Assembly: GCF_006345805.1 (NCBI RefSeq)
Contig: NC_043000.1
Span: 129,084,001-129,148,000 of the forward strand
Source of the DNA: Octopus sinensis
Taxonomy: Eukaryota
Direction: 5' to 3'
DNA length: 64,000 bases
Below, one piece after another: positions 22,682 to 35,199 of the stretch (its first letter is position 1; each line of letters starts with the position of its first letter). The translations under genes were made by a program, and so were the position numbers. The notes beneath the pieces are model-generated. The model was not told the origin of the DNA. It was given only the letters and a program-made list of their open reading frames with translations, and ran no database searches.

Positions 22682-23279
22682 TGTGAAGCTTTCTATAATA
22701 AATTCGCTCAGTTTGTTTTAGAATGCTTGAAATATTGGAAACATAAACATATAATATTCAGTTATATTGCTAACATGATTAAACTAAATTTGTCATTATG
22801 TTCTCAATATCTACACAGCAATACACATATATGCATGTGCGTGCGCGCGCACACACACACACACACACAAATAAGTGAAGTGAGAGGAGGATAAAGAAGA
22901 AAAGCTAGAATCATGTGAACGAACTGGAACATATATATACATATATAGTTATATAAAAGACAAAAAAGAGTGAAAAAACTACAGAAGGCTTGTCTTTTAT
23001 ACATCCAACCACATGCTTTCACATACCAACTCTCTCACCTATATATATATATATATATATATCTGTTTTCCTACTTTTCAAAAGAAGTGCTCTAGCATGA
23101 CCTTAGCCACAATGGCTAAAGCAAACAAAAGAACCTGAAGGAGAGGAGAGAATAAAAAAGGTTAAAGCTTTTGCATTCAAAACTTAATTGTATTTGCCTC
23201 TACTGAGAATAATGAAACACTCATGTTCTAATGGGTCTGTCCCCACCCTCACTAACCCCCATCCACCACTGCCACTATC

Positions 23280-23575
23280 AAACATGTGAGCATTACAGGG
23301 TTATAAAATAGAATGGAAAAGTGGAATTTAGTCAATGACACAAGGCTAATGTAGTTGGACATTGGTTGTTTAAACATAGGTGAACTTTGACCCAAGAAGA
23401 CAAATGGCATCGAAAGCAGGACCATCCTGTCTTTTTTAAAGGTATCCAGGACTACATTAGGAATGAGAACCTGGGGTTTGAAATTTCCCCAAGACACCTG
23501 AAGAAAGCTGGAGGGTATATCAGCCGAAATGTTGTTTTAACAACAAATAAGATGGGGACGAATATCCATCGAATG
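23280..23575 (+). mobile_element. Penelope-like element 3' end/pLTR
   Basis: Region ends in an almost intact hammerhead motif followed by aacaacaaataagatg. Confidence 0.55.
23494..23537 (+). ncRNA. Type-I hammerhead ribozyme motif, near intact
   Basis: ACAC CTGAAGA A AGCTG gagggtatat CAGCC GAAAT GTT GTTT. Canonical CUGANGA and GAAA; stem II pairs. Confidence 0.65.
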
Positions 23576-23584
23576 TAAATTATG

Positions 23585-23924
23585 TAGGAGTGGCTGTGTG
23601 GTACCTGGGCAAGTGTCTTCTACTATAGCCTCGGGCCGACCAAAGCCTTGTGAGTGGATTTGGTAGATTGAAACTGAAAGAAGCCGGTCGTATATATGTA
23701 TATATATGCGTGTGTGCGTATGTTTGTGTGTCTGTGTTTGTCCCCCAACATCACTTGACAACCGATGCTGGTGTGTTTACATTCCTGTAACTTAGTGGTT
23801 CAGCAAAAGAGACCGATAGAATAAGTACTAGGCTTACAAAGAATAAGTCCTGGGGTCGATTTGCTCGACTAAAGGTGGTACTCCAGCATGGCCACAGTCA
23901 AATGACTGAAACAAGTAAAAGTAA
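23585..23924 (+). mobile_element. SINE family A with internal deletion in the head
   Basis: ggagtggctgtgtggta joined directly to cctgggcaagtgtc. Confidence 0.88.
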
Positions 23925-24329
23925 TGTAAATAATGTACATCATATCTAATACACCATTTCCTTATTTAAGATAGTAGGGCATGATTTAAGGATTATTTAG
24001 CCACTATTTCTAGCAAGTCAAAAGACTCCATAGAGCAGAAAAGAGGGCTGCATGGGACATGGCTCATCATCTGATGGGCTGCATTATTAAAACTTTCAAG
24101 ATAATTTTTGGCTAAGTGTACCATTCAGTAAGTGCTACAGACTGCAAGTTGTTCAAGACTACCGTGGAGGCATTCTCAATGGTGCACATATAATCACATG
24201 GTGTAGATCTGAATTTCAACTGGTTCTTTCACAAATGTTTCCGTGTTTCTGTGCTTATGCATGCTTTCTTCACACAAAGAAACTTAAGATAGTAGTAAGG
24301 ACATGAAATATAAATAATAATAATTTAAC

Positions 24330-24760
24330 GTCCATGGAGTGGTTGGCGTTAGGAAGGGCATCAAGCCGTAGAAACATTGCCAGATCAGACTGGAGCCTGG
24401 TGCAGCCTTCTGGCTTCCCAGACCCCGGTCGAACCGTCCAACCCATGCTAGCATGGAAAACGGACGTATGATGATGATGATGTTCCATGCTAGCATGGGT
24501 GGGATAGTATCACAAAAGCCGGCCAGGCTGAAGCCTGCACCAGACTTCTGACTGTTTTGGCAGGATTTTTACAGCTGGATGCCCTTCCTAACACTAACCC
24601 CTCAATAGAGTGGATTTAGTGCTTTTTACGTAACACAAGCACAGGTGAGGTCAGATTTGACAAGTCTTTTACAGCTGGATGCCTGTCCGAATAACAACCA
24701 CTTTACAGAGTGGACTGGGTACTTTTAAGTGACACCTGCACTGACAGGGTCACCAAGTAC
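24330..24760. mobile_element. Two RTE 3' tails joined tail-to-tail
   Basis: Plus copy 24330-24481 ends in (GAT)n. A minus copy starts immediately at ttccatgctagcatggg (24484). Confidence 0.75.
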
Positions 24761-25129
24761 TTGCAATACAAAAACTTTTAAGAGGACAGGATGAACTGGA
24801 AGAGGTGATGATGAAAAAGTTAATAGTGAGACAGATACAGGTGTCTTGCTGTAGAGGAAGTTCAAGGTTACCCAGCCGGAGAGAGAAAGATCAGCAATGA
24901 AGACAAAAACAGGTGTGCTAACGCAAAGAAAATACAGAGTAGCCCAACCAGAGGGAAGTGCAAAAGAGAGAGAGTGGGAGACAGCAAAATAGAGATGGTG
25001 GCAAAATGCAAGGCATACTCACAAGGAAAGGGGATCAGAGTATTAATGAGATGGCTGAGTAAAGGAAGAGAGAGATATAAATAGTGGAAAGTGCCAGGCC
25101 ATACCCTTGAAGTTCAAATGCCATAATAT

Positions 25130-25637
25130 AAGTGACAAGATATTGTGACTGTCTTGGTATAAAAGATGGGCTACAGCAAATATTCTATATTTGCTGTATT
25201 CAATACCACAGATTTACTTGTTTGACCATAACCAGTTGGGCATGTCCCTTAGTGGCTGCCGATATGTGCATCTCTGATCACAAACAGAAGTAGTGGGGGG
25301 AGATCATAGCCATGTGTTGAGAGGAATTCTTTGAGGTTTGAATAATTCACTTTTGGAAACATGGGTGTTTCATTCAACATCCTTAAACAACCCTTATTCT
25401 GGGACCTTTTGAGCAGGATGGACCTGAAGAAAATTCTAACTGGGCCCCACCTGCAAAGTCATGCACTGTTTGTCTTGATATGAGAGCACCATGTCACGCA
25501 CATATGGTTGTGATGCATGTACCTGATGTACCCTTATCAGATGGGTAGTCATGATGGGTAATACTGGGCTTCGTATATTTTAACCCAGTGTCACTTTGAT
25601 GGCATCCACTGCTCTCTCACTCAATAATAATAATAAT
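25130..25637 (+). mobile_element. Unclassified retroposon 3' region ending in (AAT)n
   Basis: GC-richer ~500 bp block ending ctcactcAATAATAATAATAAT. R4/Dong-like targeting is only a guess. Confidence 0.4.
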
Positions 25638-26409
25638 ATGTCAGCATGGAAGGCGGATGTTAAACGATGATGATGATGTTTCTACTATAGGCACAAGTCA
25701 ACCTCAGCAAAATTTGAACTCAGAACATAAAAACACTAAGAATTTTGATAATATTACCGCTAAGAATCCTGATAATATTAAACAAAGACAAAATATGAAG
25801 AACAAAATTATTACTATTATTATAACTAATATCATTATTGCAAAATCATTACAGCATAGGAGAAAACACCTTGGAGCGTTCCTTCCAGTTCTTTGTGTTC
25901 TGAGTTCAAAACCCAATGAGGTCAAATTTGCCTTTTATCCCTCCAGGGTCGATTAAATAAATCACTAGTAATGTATTGAGGTCACTGTAATCAGGTCATC
26001 TCTCCCCTCTAAATAACTGCTGGCCTTGTTCCAAAATTCATATTCAAAACTCACTGCTGCTGCCACCACCACTACCACCACCACCACCACCACCACCACC
26101 ACCACCACCACACCACCACCACACCACCACCACCGTCATCATCATCGTCATCAAAACAGTTTCAAAACAAGAATGGACTGCATTTATAAATATGGAGTGA
26201 TTAAAATTTTAGATAAATTAATGAATCAATTGTTTCCAACATTGTCATATGCCAGGAAATTAGTGGAAGTGGGGTATTAACATCCCCCCACTCCCACCCC
26301 AGTACTTGACTGCTACTTTATTTTATTGATTTCCCGACCACCACCAAAGAGATGAAAGACAAAGTTTGTCCCAGCAGGAATTTGAATATAGAACATTAAA
26401 TGGCACTCC

Positions 26410-26717
26410 ATCAGTTATAACAATGATGGTTCCAGTTGACCGGATCAATGGAACAGCCTGCTTAAGAAATTAACATGCAAGTGGTTCGGCACCCCACTGA
26501 CACAAATACCCTGAACTTAGTTCTAAGGGAGATTGGGTGGGACAGAATATGAAAAGGCCTGCCCTTTGAAATACAGGCACTAATTTTTGCCAGCTGAGTG
26601 GACTGGAGTAACATGAAATAAAGTGTCTTGCTCAAGGACACGGCACACCACAGAGAATCGAACTCAGGGCCTTGTGATTGCGAGCTGAATATGTACCCAC
26701 TAAGTCACATGCCTTCA
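26410..26717 (-). mobile_element. SINE family C (diverged)
   Basis: Similar to 21030-21355. Confidence 0.85.
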
Positions 26718-27242
26718 TTAGAACATTAAGAAGCAGGAGATATACCGCATGACATTTTGACAGACTTTCCAACAATTTTGCTCTTTTAAATTAAATAATT
26801 AACAAAACACATTGAAAAAACATTTCTTAAAAACATTTGATAAAAGAGGCAATAATTGTTTTGTAAGGGTGACAGATTTTTGTCTTTTTCCTCCATCTAG
26901 TTTGAAGTATTAAGAATTTGTTACACAGATGTTTTCAGTTAAAAAAAAATTCAAAGAGAGAGTAATAACACTTCTGTGCAAAAAGAAAGCTTACTTAATA
27001 ACTACATGGTTCTGGATTCAATCCCACTGTTTGGTACCTTGGGCAAGTGTTTTCTACTTTATGAATGGAATTTGGTTGTGTGTTTTATGAATGGAAGCAG
27101 AAGCCAGTTTACACACACACAAACACGTAGTGTATGTGAGGGGATATCTCTAAGTTTACAGGAGTTCAGTTGTGTCTGTTTATGTCCCATTGTGTTAAAA
27201 ACAAGGCTTGAAAATTCAATAAAAGTTCCTCTTGGAACTGGT

Positions 27243-27369
27243 AAAGAAAGAAAGAAAGAAAGAAATATAGAATGAAAGAAAGAAAGAATGAAATAAAGAA
27301 AGAAAGAAAGGAAGAAAGAAATAAAGAAAAAGAAATATAGAATGAAAGAATGAAAGAAAGAAATACCGA

Positions 27370-27400
<31 letters not shown>

Positions 27401-27420
27401 GAAGAAAGAAAGCAAGAAAA
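27243..27420. repeat. (GAAA)n microsatellite
   Basis: Direct observation. Confidence 0.95.
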
Positions 27421-27445
27421 CAAATATATTACTAGAGAAACTAAC

Positions 27446-27540
27446 CTGATTTCAACAAGTTAAGTTTTATATCAGATGCTGATTTCCCAATCTTCTTCAG
27501 TGTAGAATTCATGAGGTAAATGAATGAACACAACTTTGTG
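27446..27540 (-). CDS. Possible 95-nt exon
   Basis: Acceptor ttacaccttcacag, donor GTTAGT. One frame is open (TKLCSFIYLMNSTLKKIGKSASDIKLNLLKS); another reads HKVVFIHLPHEFYTEEDWEISI*. Confidence 0.25.
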
Positions 27541-27611
27541 CTGTGAAGGTGTAACATCTTATAAAATTGCTCATCTTTCAGCTAATCACTCACCATCTTC
27601 TCTTCTTACTT

Positions 27612-27662
<51 letters not shown>

Positions 27663-28096
27663 TGCCTCATTTTCCCATCTCTCTTGCACTTCCTTCCTGC
27701 ACCACCCATCTCCTGAATATTATATATATTTCACATGACACACCTAAACGTCAATTTGCAGACTACAAAACTTGTATCGATGATGCCTCGCTGTCAAAAC
27801 ATCACTGAAAAAAATTGTACTGGTGATTTGAGAAAGGAGTAACTAATTTATTGATCAAGTAAATAAATAAATAAAATGTATACAATAAAACTGCAATTAC
27901 TCATACGTTAAAAAGAAGGATATAGTAAAAACCAAAGAAAACAAAGGAAGGACATGACTTAATAAGTAACAAATGTATGTGTGTATTAGAAGGTATAATT
28001 GCATTAGTTACACTGTTTAATTTACACATTCAGGTGGCAATACTAAATTCCTTGATTTTTTTTTCTTTTTGGTATCACGTGCTAATAAACATTACA

Positions 28097-28510
28097 GGCG
28101 CAGGAGTGGCTGTGTGGTAAGTAGCTTGTTTACCAACCACATGGTTCCAGGTTCAGTCCCACTGCGTGGCACCTTGGGCAAGTGTCTTCTACTATAGCCT
28201 CAGGCCGTCCACAGCCTTTTGAGTGGATTTGGTAGACGGAAACTGAAAGAAGCCCGTCGTATATATGTATATATATATATATATATGCGTGTGTGTGTTT
28301 GTGTGTCTGTGTTTGTCTCCCTAGCATTGCTTGACAACCGATGCTGGTGTGTTTATGTCCCCGTTACTTAGCGGTTCGGCAAAAGAGACCGATAGAATAA
28401 GTACTGGGCTTACAAAAGAATAAGTCCCGGGGTCAAGTTGCTCGATTAAAGGCGGTGCTCCAGCATGGGCACAGTCAAAAATGACTGAAACAAGTAAAAG
28501 AGTAAAGAGA
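28097..28510 (+). mobile_element. SINE family A, full length
   Basis: Near consensus. Confidence 0.92.
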
Positions 28511-28741
28511 ATATTACAGTACACACACACACATATATATACGTGTCTTTTATGTTCTACATCTTTCAGTCATAGGACTGTGGCCATGCAAGAGCATTCT
28601 CTTAAATGGTTTAGTCAAACAAATTGCACCCCAGTAATAATTTTTCAAATTCTGATACTTATTCTATTGGTCTTCTTTGCCAAACTGCTAAGTTACTGGG
28701 ACATAAACAAACCAAAACCTACTGCCAAGTGGTGGTGGAGG

Positions 28742-28772
<31 letters not shown>

Positions 28773-28850
28773 ACCATACCTTTTTGGGTGTTTGAACACT
28801 CAGAACAGGCCTTTCTAGAAATCATTTCCACCCTATTTTGGTCCTGGGCT

Positions 28851-29046
28851 TTAACCCTTCAGCATTCAGATTACCCTGTCAAACATAACTCTTATTTATT
28901 CACATTGCATTAAATTAATCATGCATTATCTCGTGGCTTTGAGATGTCAATGATGTGATTCTCTGTTTCTAGAATAACATTGTAGGGTAGGTATGAGGAG
29001 ACCTCATTGTACCCAGATATGGCTGGTTCAAACGCTAAAGGGTTAC
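28851..29046. mobile_element. piggyBac-type MITE
   Basis: TTAA-CCCTTCAGCATT ... AACGCTAAAGGG-TTAC. Related copies at 44812-45425 and 59423-59615. Confidence 0.75.
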
Positions 29047-29519
29047 GTATAGTCAATACTGATCTTGTTTTGCAACACATCAGTAAGCCCACATTAGTAA
29101 GGCCACAGCCTTACTAATGTGGGCCCCAATCAGTCCAATGTAGAATTAGATGTTGGTACCTTTTATGTAAGTATTTCACAGAATTTGGTAATCCTGGTGG
29201 TGCCAATCTACCAAACTCATATTTATCATCTGTTTGTACATGCAGGGTTACCCTTATTCAAGACCATTCACCCAGCCCCCACATAGCCTTGCATTTAATG
29301 CTCATGTTTTGCTATCATACAACATTGCACTACATACACAAGCATCATACAAGCTGCCCTTCACTTGGGGAGAGGGTCGCTGTTTTACCTGAAGTAGTAA
29401 TAGACCCTTGATCCTTTTTTATCTCAGCTCTCAGATCATTTACCTCCATTTGTTGAACTGCTAGGTTACAGGGTAGAATATAAAAACGTAATTTTCTTTT
29501 AGACCAGTGCAAAGATCAA

Positions 29520-29731
29520 CACAAACACACATATACATATAATATGCATATGTGAGTGTACATACAATATGCAAACATACAATACACACATATGCATACA
29601 CATACATAAACACATACACACACGTGCACACACACATATATGCAATATCCATACACAAACATATAATATGCATACAATATGTATGTATATGTGTGTGTGT
29701 GTGTATGTGTGCGTGTGTATATGTGTGTATG

Positions 29732-29784
<53 letters not shown>

Positions 29785-30122
29785 TTGTGTGTGTGTATGT
29801 GTGTGTTTGTGTATGTGTGTGTGTATGTGTATGTGTGTGTATGTGTGTGTTTGTGTATGTGTGTATGTGTGTATGTATGAGTATGTGTGTATGTGTATAT
29901 GTGTGTTTGTGTATATGTGTGCTTGTGTATATGTGTGCTTGTGTATATGTGTGTATGTTTTTGTGTGTGTGTGTGTTGTGTATGTGTATATGTGTGTTTG
30001 TGTATATGTGTGCTTGTGTATATGTGTGCTTGTGTATATGTGTGCTTGTGTATATGTGTGCTTGTGTATATGTATGCTTGTGTATATGTATGTTTGTGTA
30101 TATGTAAGTATATATGTGTACA
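29520..30122. repeat. (TG/TA)n compound microsatellite with 20-bp gtgtatatgtgtgcttgt-type units
   Basis: Direct observation; source of the 200+ aa HTHT/CVCV ORFs. Confidence 0.95.
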
Positions 30123-30588
30123 CGCCCACAAATCTTAATGAGAATGATTATTTATCAGGAGAAAAAATCTGGGTGGTGATGGTTATGTGATTAAGACGGG
30201 GGTGGTGGGATGAGATGAGTCGGTGAAGGAAATAACAAACAGAATTCTTCTGTAGAGTGGTGGTGAAACAGAAAATATAAAGGAGAGCAATGCTCTAGAA
30301 TCATTCAACAGATCACCCCCACCCCATCACCTACAATGACATCAAAACCTCCCCCCTTATCCCCTGTTTACTACTATTTCATCCATGTAGATTAGCGATC
30401 AATCTCATACTTTTTTCCATTCATAATTCAAAACAAATTCAACACTTATTTCAAACAAGGTCAAATGCTCCCAGCCATAACACCTATTTCCTTTCTTTTA
30501 AGGGGAGGGGGTATAAAAGTGTGTTTTTCTTTCTTTTCTTTTATTTCTCTACCTATTTTTATTCATCATTTCATTAACTTCCTCGCAG

Positions 30589-30659
30589 GTAAAAAGCGGA
30601 GAAATGGATGAAATAAATAGGTTTGTCGAGAAAGATTATAAAAAAACATGTAAAATAAC
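30589..30659 (+). CDS. Possible 71-nt exon on the plus strand
   Basis: Long pyrimidine tract ending ttcctcgcag, donor GTAAGT. Frame VKSGEMDEINRFVEKDYKKTCKIT is open. Confidence 0.35.
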
Positions 30660-30959
30660 GTAAGTGCTGAGACCCAGTTTCTGGTTTAAGTATAATTTGG
30701 TGTCTTCATGTATTACTTGATACCCTAGTAAGAAATTTAAACATGCCTTCTTCCTCTCTTTCTGCCACCATACTCAGAGACTTTGGAAAAAGATAAAGGG
30801 TACTGCCTTTCCTTACCAGATTATGTCACACACACACACATGCACTACTACTACTACAACTACTACTACTAACATGAAATGTCTATATAAACAAAGATTT
30901 AAGATAAATATATAAAGGTAAATTTCTGTCTTTCTCTTTGTTCTATAAAAATATCTTTC

Positions 30960-31797
30960 AGTGATGAAGCATGTCCTTCAAACATTGGGCCTCACAGAGG
31001 CAATGACAGGAGACCAAGACCTTTGGAGGTATGCTGTGATTGAGACGACCTGGCAACTAAAGTGAGATCACAGCTATGGCCAATGTCAGTGTTGCATGTC
31101 CGGCCCATTTAAGAGTACCCTTGATGCGTCAGGTGATATGATAAGCTTGTGAAAACCTGTTGAGTCAAGTAAAACCAAAATCGTAGCTGTTGCCAGTGCT
31201 CTTTGACTGGCTCCCATTCCGGTGGAATGTAAAATGCATCATCCAAACATGGTCGATGCCAGGGTCCCCTGACTGGCTCATGTGCCGGTGGAATGCAAGA
31301 AGCACCATCTGAATGTGGTCGATGCTAGGTCTGCCTGACTGGCTCCCATGCCTGTGGCACATAAAAAGCACCATCTGAACATGGCCGAATCCAGTACTCC
31401 TTGACTGGCTCCTGTGCTGGTGACACGTAAAAAGCACCATCTGAATGTGGCCAATGCCAGTACCCACTGAGTGGCTCCCGTACTGGTGGCACGTAAAATG
31501 CACCATCCGAATGTGGCCAATGCCAGTACCCGCCGACTAGCTTCCATGCCGGTGGCATGTAAAAAGCACTATCTGAACGTGATTGATGCCAGGCCCACCT
31601 GACTGGCTCCAGTTCTGGCGGCACATAAAAAGCACCCACAACATTCTCAGAGTGGTTGGTGTTAGGAAGGGCACCCAGCTGCAGAAACATTGCCACATCA
31701 GGTTGGAGCCTAGCGCAGCCTCTGGCTCTCCAGACCTCAGTCAAACCATCCAACACATGCCAGCATGAAAAACAGACGTTAAACAATGATGATGATG
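30960..31797 (+). mobile_element. 5'-truncated RTE LINE: ORF2 C-terminus, 3' UTR with ~7 x 66 bp repeats, (GAT)n tail
   Basis: VMKHVLQTLGLTEAMTGDQDLWRYAVIETTWQLK*, then ...cctgttgagtcaagtaaaacc, a tandem array at 31190-31640, tggttggtgttaggaagggc, and the tail. Confidence 0.85.
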
Positions 31798-33068
31798 ACA
31801 TATATATATATATATGATTTTTTATTTATACATCTATCTATTAAGTCTCCCTCTCTTCTCTTCCTCACAAACATACATATAAGAAAGAATATAAAACAAA
31901 TTTATATATAAATATCTTTTTAAGATAATGATAACTGTCAAACTATTGTAATAAATACATTTAACATAAATACAATATTTTCAGGTTTTAAAAACTAGCA
32001 ACAGCCAATAGTATTCTGCTGTAGCCTCCATAACCAAGAGATGATAGTGGTTGCTTTTGATGATGGTAGTGGTGGTGGAGATGTTGATAATGGCAGTGAT
32101 ATGCATTGTAGGGAAGGTAGAGAGGTCATGTGACAATGGTAGTGGTGGTGATGGTAGCAGTAGTAGAGGTGATGAATTGATATCATTGGATCATAGTGAC
32201 AGATAATGTTGTTGTTGGTGATGATGATGCAGAAGAAGGTGATGATGTAAGGTGTTGTTGATTATGATAAGAAGAGAATAGAGAGGGTGTGAGAGGAGAT
32301 AAATGTGTGAGAGAAAGAGAAGAGAATGATTAAGCGACTGAGAAAGAAAGAGATGGAGAGTGGAAAGAGATGGAGAGTGCAAGAGAAAGAAGGGAGGAGG
32401 AGAAAAAGAAAGACAAATACAGAGAGAACAAGAAAAGGAGTAAGCGAAGAGCAGAGAAAAACTAAGGGATTGAGAAAATGCATGTGAAAGAATGCATAAA
32501 AAGAAAGGAATGGGAGGAGGGGGAAAGAGGGGGGAATCTAAGAAACAAAGAAAGAAGAGAGAGAGGGAGGAGTGGAAGAGAATTAAGTTAAGGAATTAGA
32601 ATAAAGAACAACTACAGAGAAGTATCACATGACTAGAAACAGGTAAGCTTGGGAGAAGAATAAGATGGATTTGATGGAAAGACGGGGGTGGGGGAGATGG
32701 AGAATGGATTTATGACAAGGAAGAAAGTAAGAAGGAAGAAGAAGAAAGAGAGATTGAATGAATGAATGAATTTTGCATGTTTGTCACAAGCGTGATACAT
32801 GGACAAGTTACAAAAGAGTGTAGGAGTTTACACGCTAAAATCAGGGTGAAAAGGGCTGTCACCTAGATTTGATCAAGGAACCTTACAGATCCTTAATTAA
32901 CCTAACTACCAATGAATTAAGTGCCTTCTCTCAGTTATCAGCTCAAAGCTCAGAAACTCTGGTAAAAGAGCATAGGTACAGTTTTTTTCTCCCATGACTC
33001 AGTGAGAGAGAGAGAAACAGACTAAATCAACCTTAGGAGGAAGCTGGTACTTATTTTGTAGTCCCACT

Positions 33069-33302
33069 AAAGGCGGTGAGCTGGCAGAAACGTTAGCACG
33101 CCGGGCGAAACGCATAGCAGTATTTCGTCTGCCGCTACGTTCTGAGTTCAAATTCCGCCGAGGTCGACTTTGCCTTTCATCCTTTCAGGGTTGATTAAAT
33201 AAGTACCAGTTACGCACTGGGGTCGATATAATCAACTTAATCCGTTTGTCTGTCCTTGTTTGTCCTCTCTGTGTTTAGCCCCCTGTGGGTAGTAAAGAAA
33301 TA
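33069..33302 (+). mobile_element. SINE family B with long TSD
   Basis: Direct repeat ggtacttattttgtagtcccact at 33046-68 and 33303-25. Confidence 0.92.
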
Positions 33303-33799
33303 GGTACTTATTTTGTAGTCCCACTTCCTGACTTCCAGGAAGGCTGAAAACTTGAAGTTAACTTTGGTAGGATTTGAACAGAAGACATAAAAATTCATAC
33401 AATAACTACAGCAAGTCATTTTGCCCAGGGCTCCAATCGTAACAATAATGATTTCTACAATGGACCCAAAGCCACAAGTTAAGAGGGGTGGGGGTATAAT
33501 CAGTTTAATCAGTCTCCAGTAATTAATCAGTACTTATTTTCGTAAACCCTCCCTGGTGCTCCACCACATGGAAGGGTCAAAATGTGAAGTCAACCTTGGT
33601 GAAATTTTAACATTGATTAGAAAAGAGATGTAACAAATGCCACAAGGTAATTTGTCCAAATGCTCTACCATTGCTGTTATTCACTGTTCTGCTGCTTTTA
33701 AATTAAAATCATGTTGTAATAAACACAGGCATGGGCCAAACAAAGCCTTGTGAGTGGACTTGACAGACAGAAACTAAGAGAAACCTCTGTTTGTGTGTG

Positions 33800-34236
33800 G
33801 CACCATTCGAGTGTGATCGTTACCAGCGTCACTTTACTGGCACTTGTGCCCGTGCTAGTAGGGTGCCAAGGGCACTATCCGAGCGTGATCGTTGCCAGAG
33901 CAGCCTACTGGCTTCTGTGCCGGTGGCACGTAAAAGGGCACTATTCGAGCGTGATCGTTACCATCGTCGCCTTACTGGCACCTGTGCCGGTGGCATGTGT
34001 AATAAGATTCGAGCGAGGTCATTGCCAGTACTGCCTGAGTGGCCCCCATGCCAGTGGTATGTAAAAAGCACCCACTACACTCTCAGAGTGGTTGGCGTTA
34101 GGAAGGGGATCCAGCTGTAGAAACTCTGCCAGATCAAGATTGAGGCCTGGTGCAGCCATCTGGTTTGCCAGCCCTCAGTCAAAATCGTCCAACCCATGCT
34201 AGCATGGAAAGCGGATGTTAAATGATGATGATGATG
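33800..34236 (+). mobile_element. RTE 3' UTR with repeat array
   Basis: Several gtgcc(c/g)gtg..(g)cac...ttcgagcgtgatcgtt units, then the conserved tail and (GAT)n. Confidence 0.85.
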
Positions 34237-35105
34237 TTGATGGAGGAAAGGGGGTTGTTTGTGTCTCCTTGCCTAGACATCACATGATAGTTGTAAAAGA
34301 GAGTCACCATTATACAGTGTCATTCATTTTCAATATTTTGTGAAAACGTATCTAGTCATGGAGAAATATTAAGTTTTCCTGGAAACAGGTGAGGGCTGGC
34401 AAGAGAAAGGGCATGCAACTAAAAAAAATCTGCCTCAATGAATTCCATCTGATCCATGCAAGCATGGAATGGTAGTTGTTAAAATGATGACGCCATTTAG
34501 CTCCTTGTGAGGGCTGAGCAAATAAACCTTTGATCAAAACCAGATTACTCTCAACTTTCTTAATTTTTTTTTTTAAAAGCTATGATTACAAGATCAAAAA
34601 TATCTTTGCATTAAATAAGAAGGTAGAATGTGATTCGAGAGAAATTTAGTGGTCATTTCTAGGTAGATTGAGTAACAACATAGAAACTTCCTAGTTGGCT
34701 TCTAAAAGAAGAAAAGAAAAAAAGATACTTTAAAAAAAAAAATGGATTATTTTAACAGTGATATTTGTTTAAAACAATGTCATACCTCCTACTACAGCTG
34801 CTCTGATAATGATAGTGTGGAGTGATTTTGTAAGTGAGAACGATTAAGGAAGGTTGCTCGTGTGAATTGATTGGCAGTCCGACATATCTATTAAGGTGAA
34901 AAGATGGGTGACACAGCAACAGGAACACAACATACACATACAAAGGTGAATATGAATATGCACATATATAATGGAGTAGAACAACAGACATGCTTGTGTG
35001 TGTATAGTAGTATATTTATATATACAAATATAAAACTAAAGCATATGTGTACATGTATATAATTAATATATATAGAATTAAAAATATACTCATGTATGGA
35101 TACGT

Positions 35106-35139
<34 letters not shown>

Positions 35140-35199
35140 ACATCATTTTATTGTTTCAACAGCTTCAGAATGTATGATGTGGCCATATAGGGGCATGGC

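Noticed and set aside
29461-30190. 210-222 aa His/Thr- or Cys/Val-rich ORFs
   Set aside because: Translations of (TG)n/(CA)n tracts, open in several frames on both strands. The same applies to 16886-17492 and 40142-40444.
31165-31801. 113-158 aa ORFs with repeated HVQMVLF/HSDGAFYVPP motifs (also 55061-55824)
   Set aside because: They arise because the 63/66-bp UTR repeat units are multiples of three; open on both strands and downstream of the LINE stop codon.
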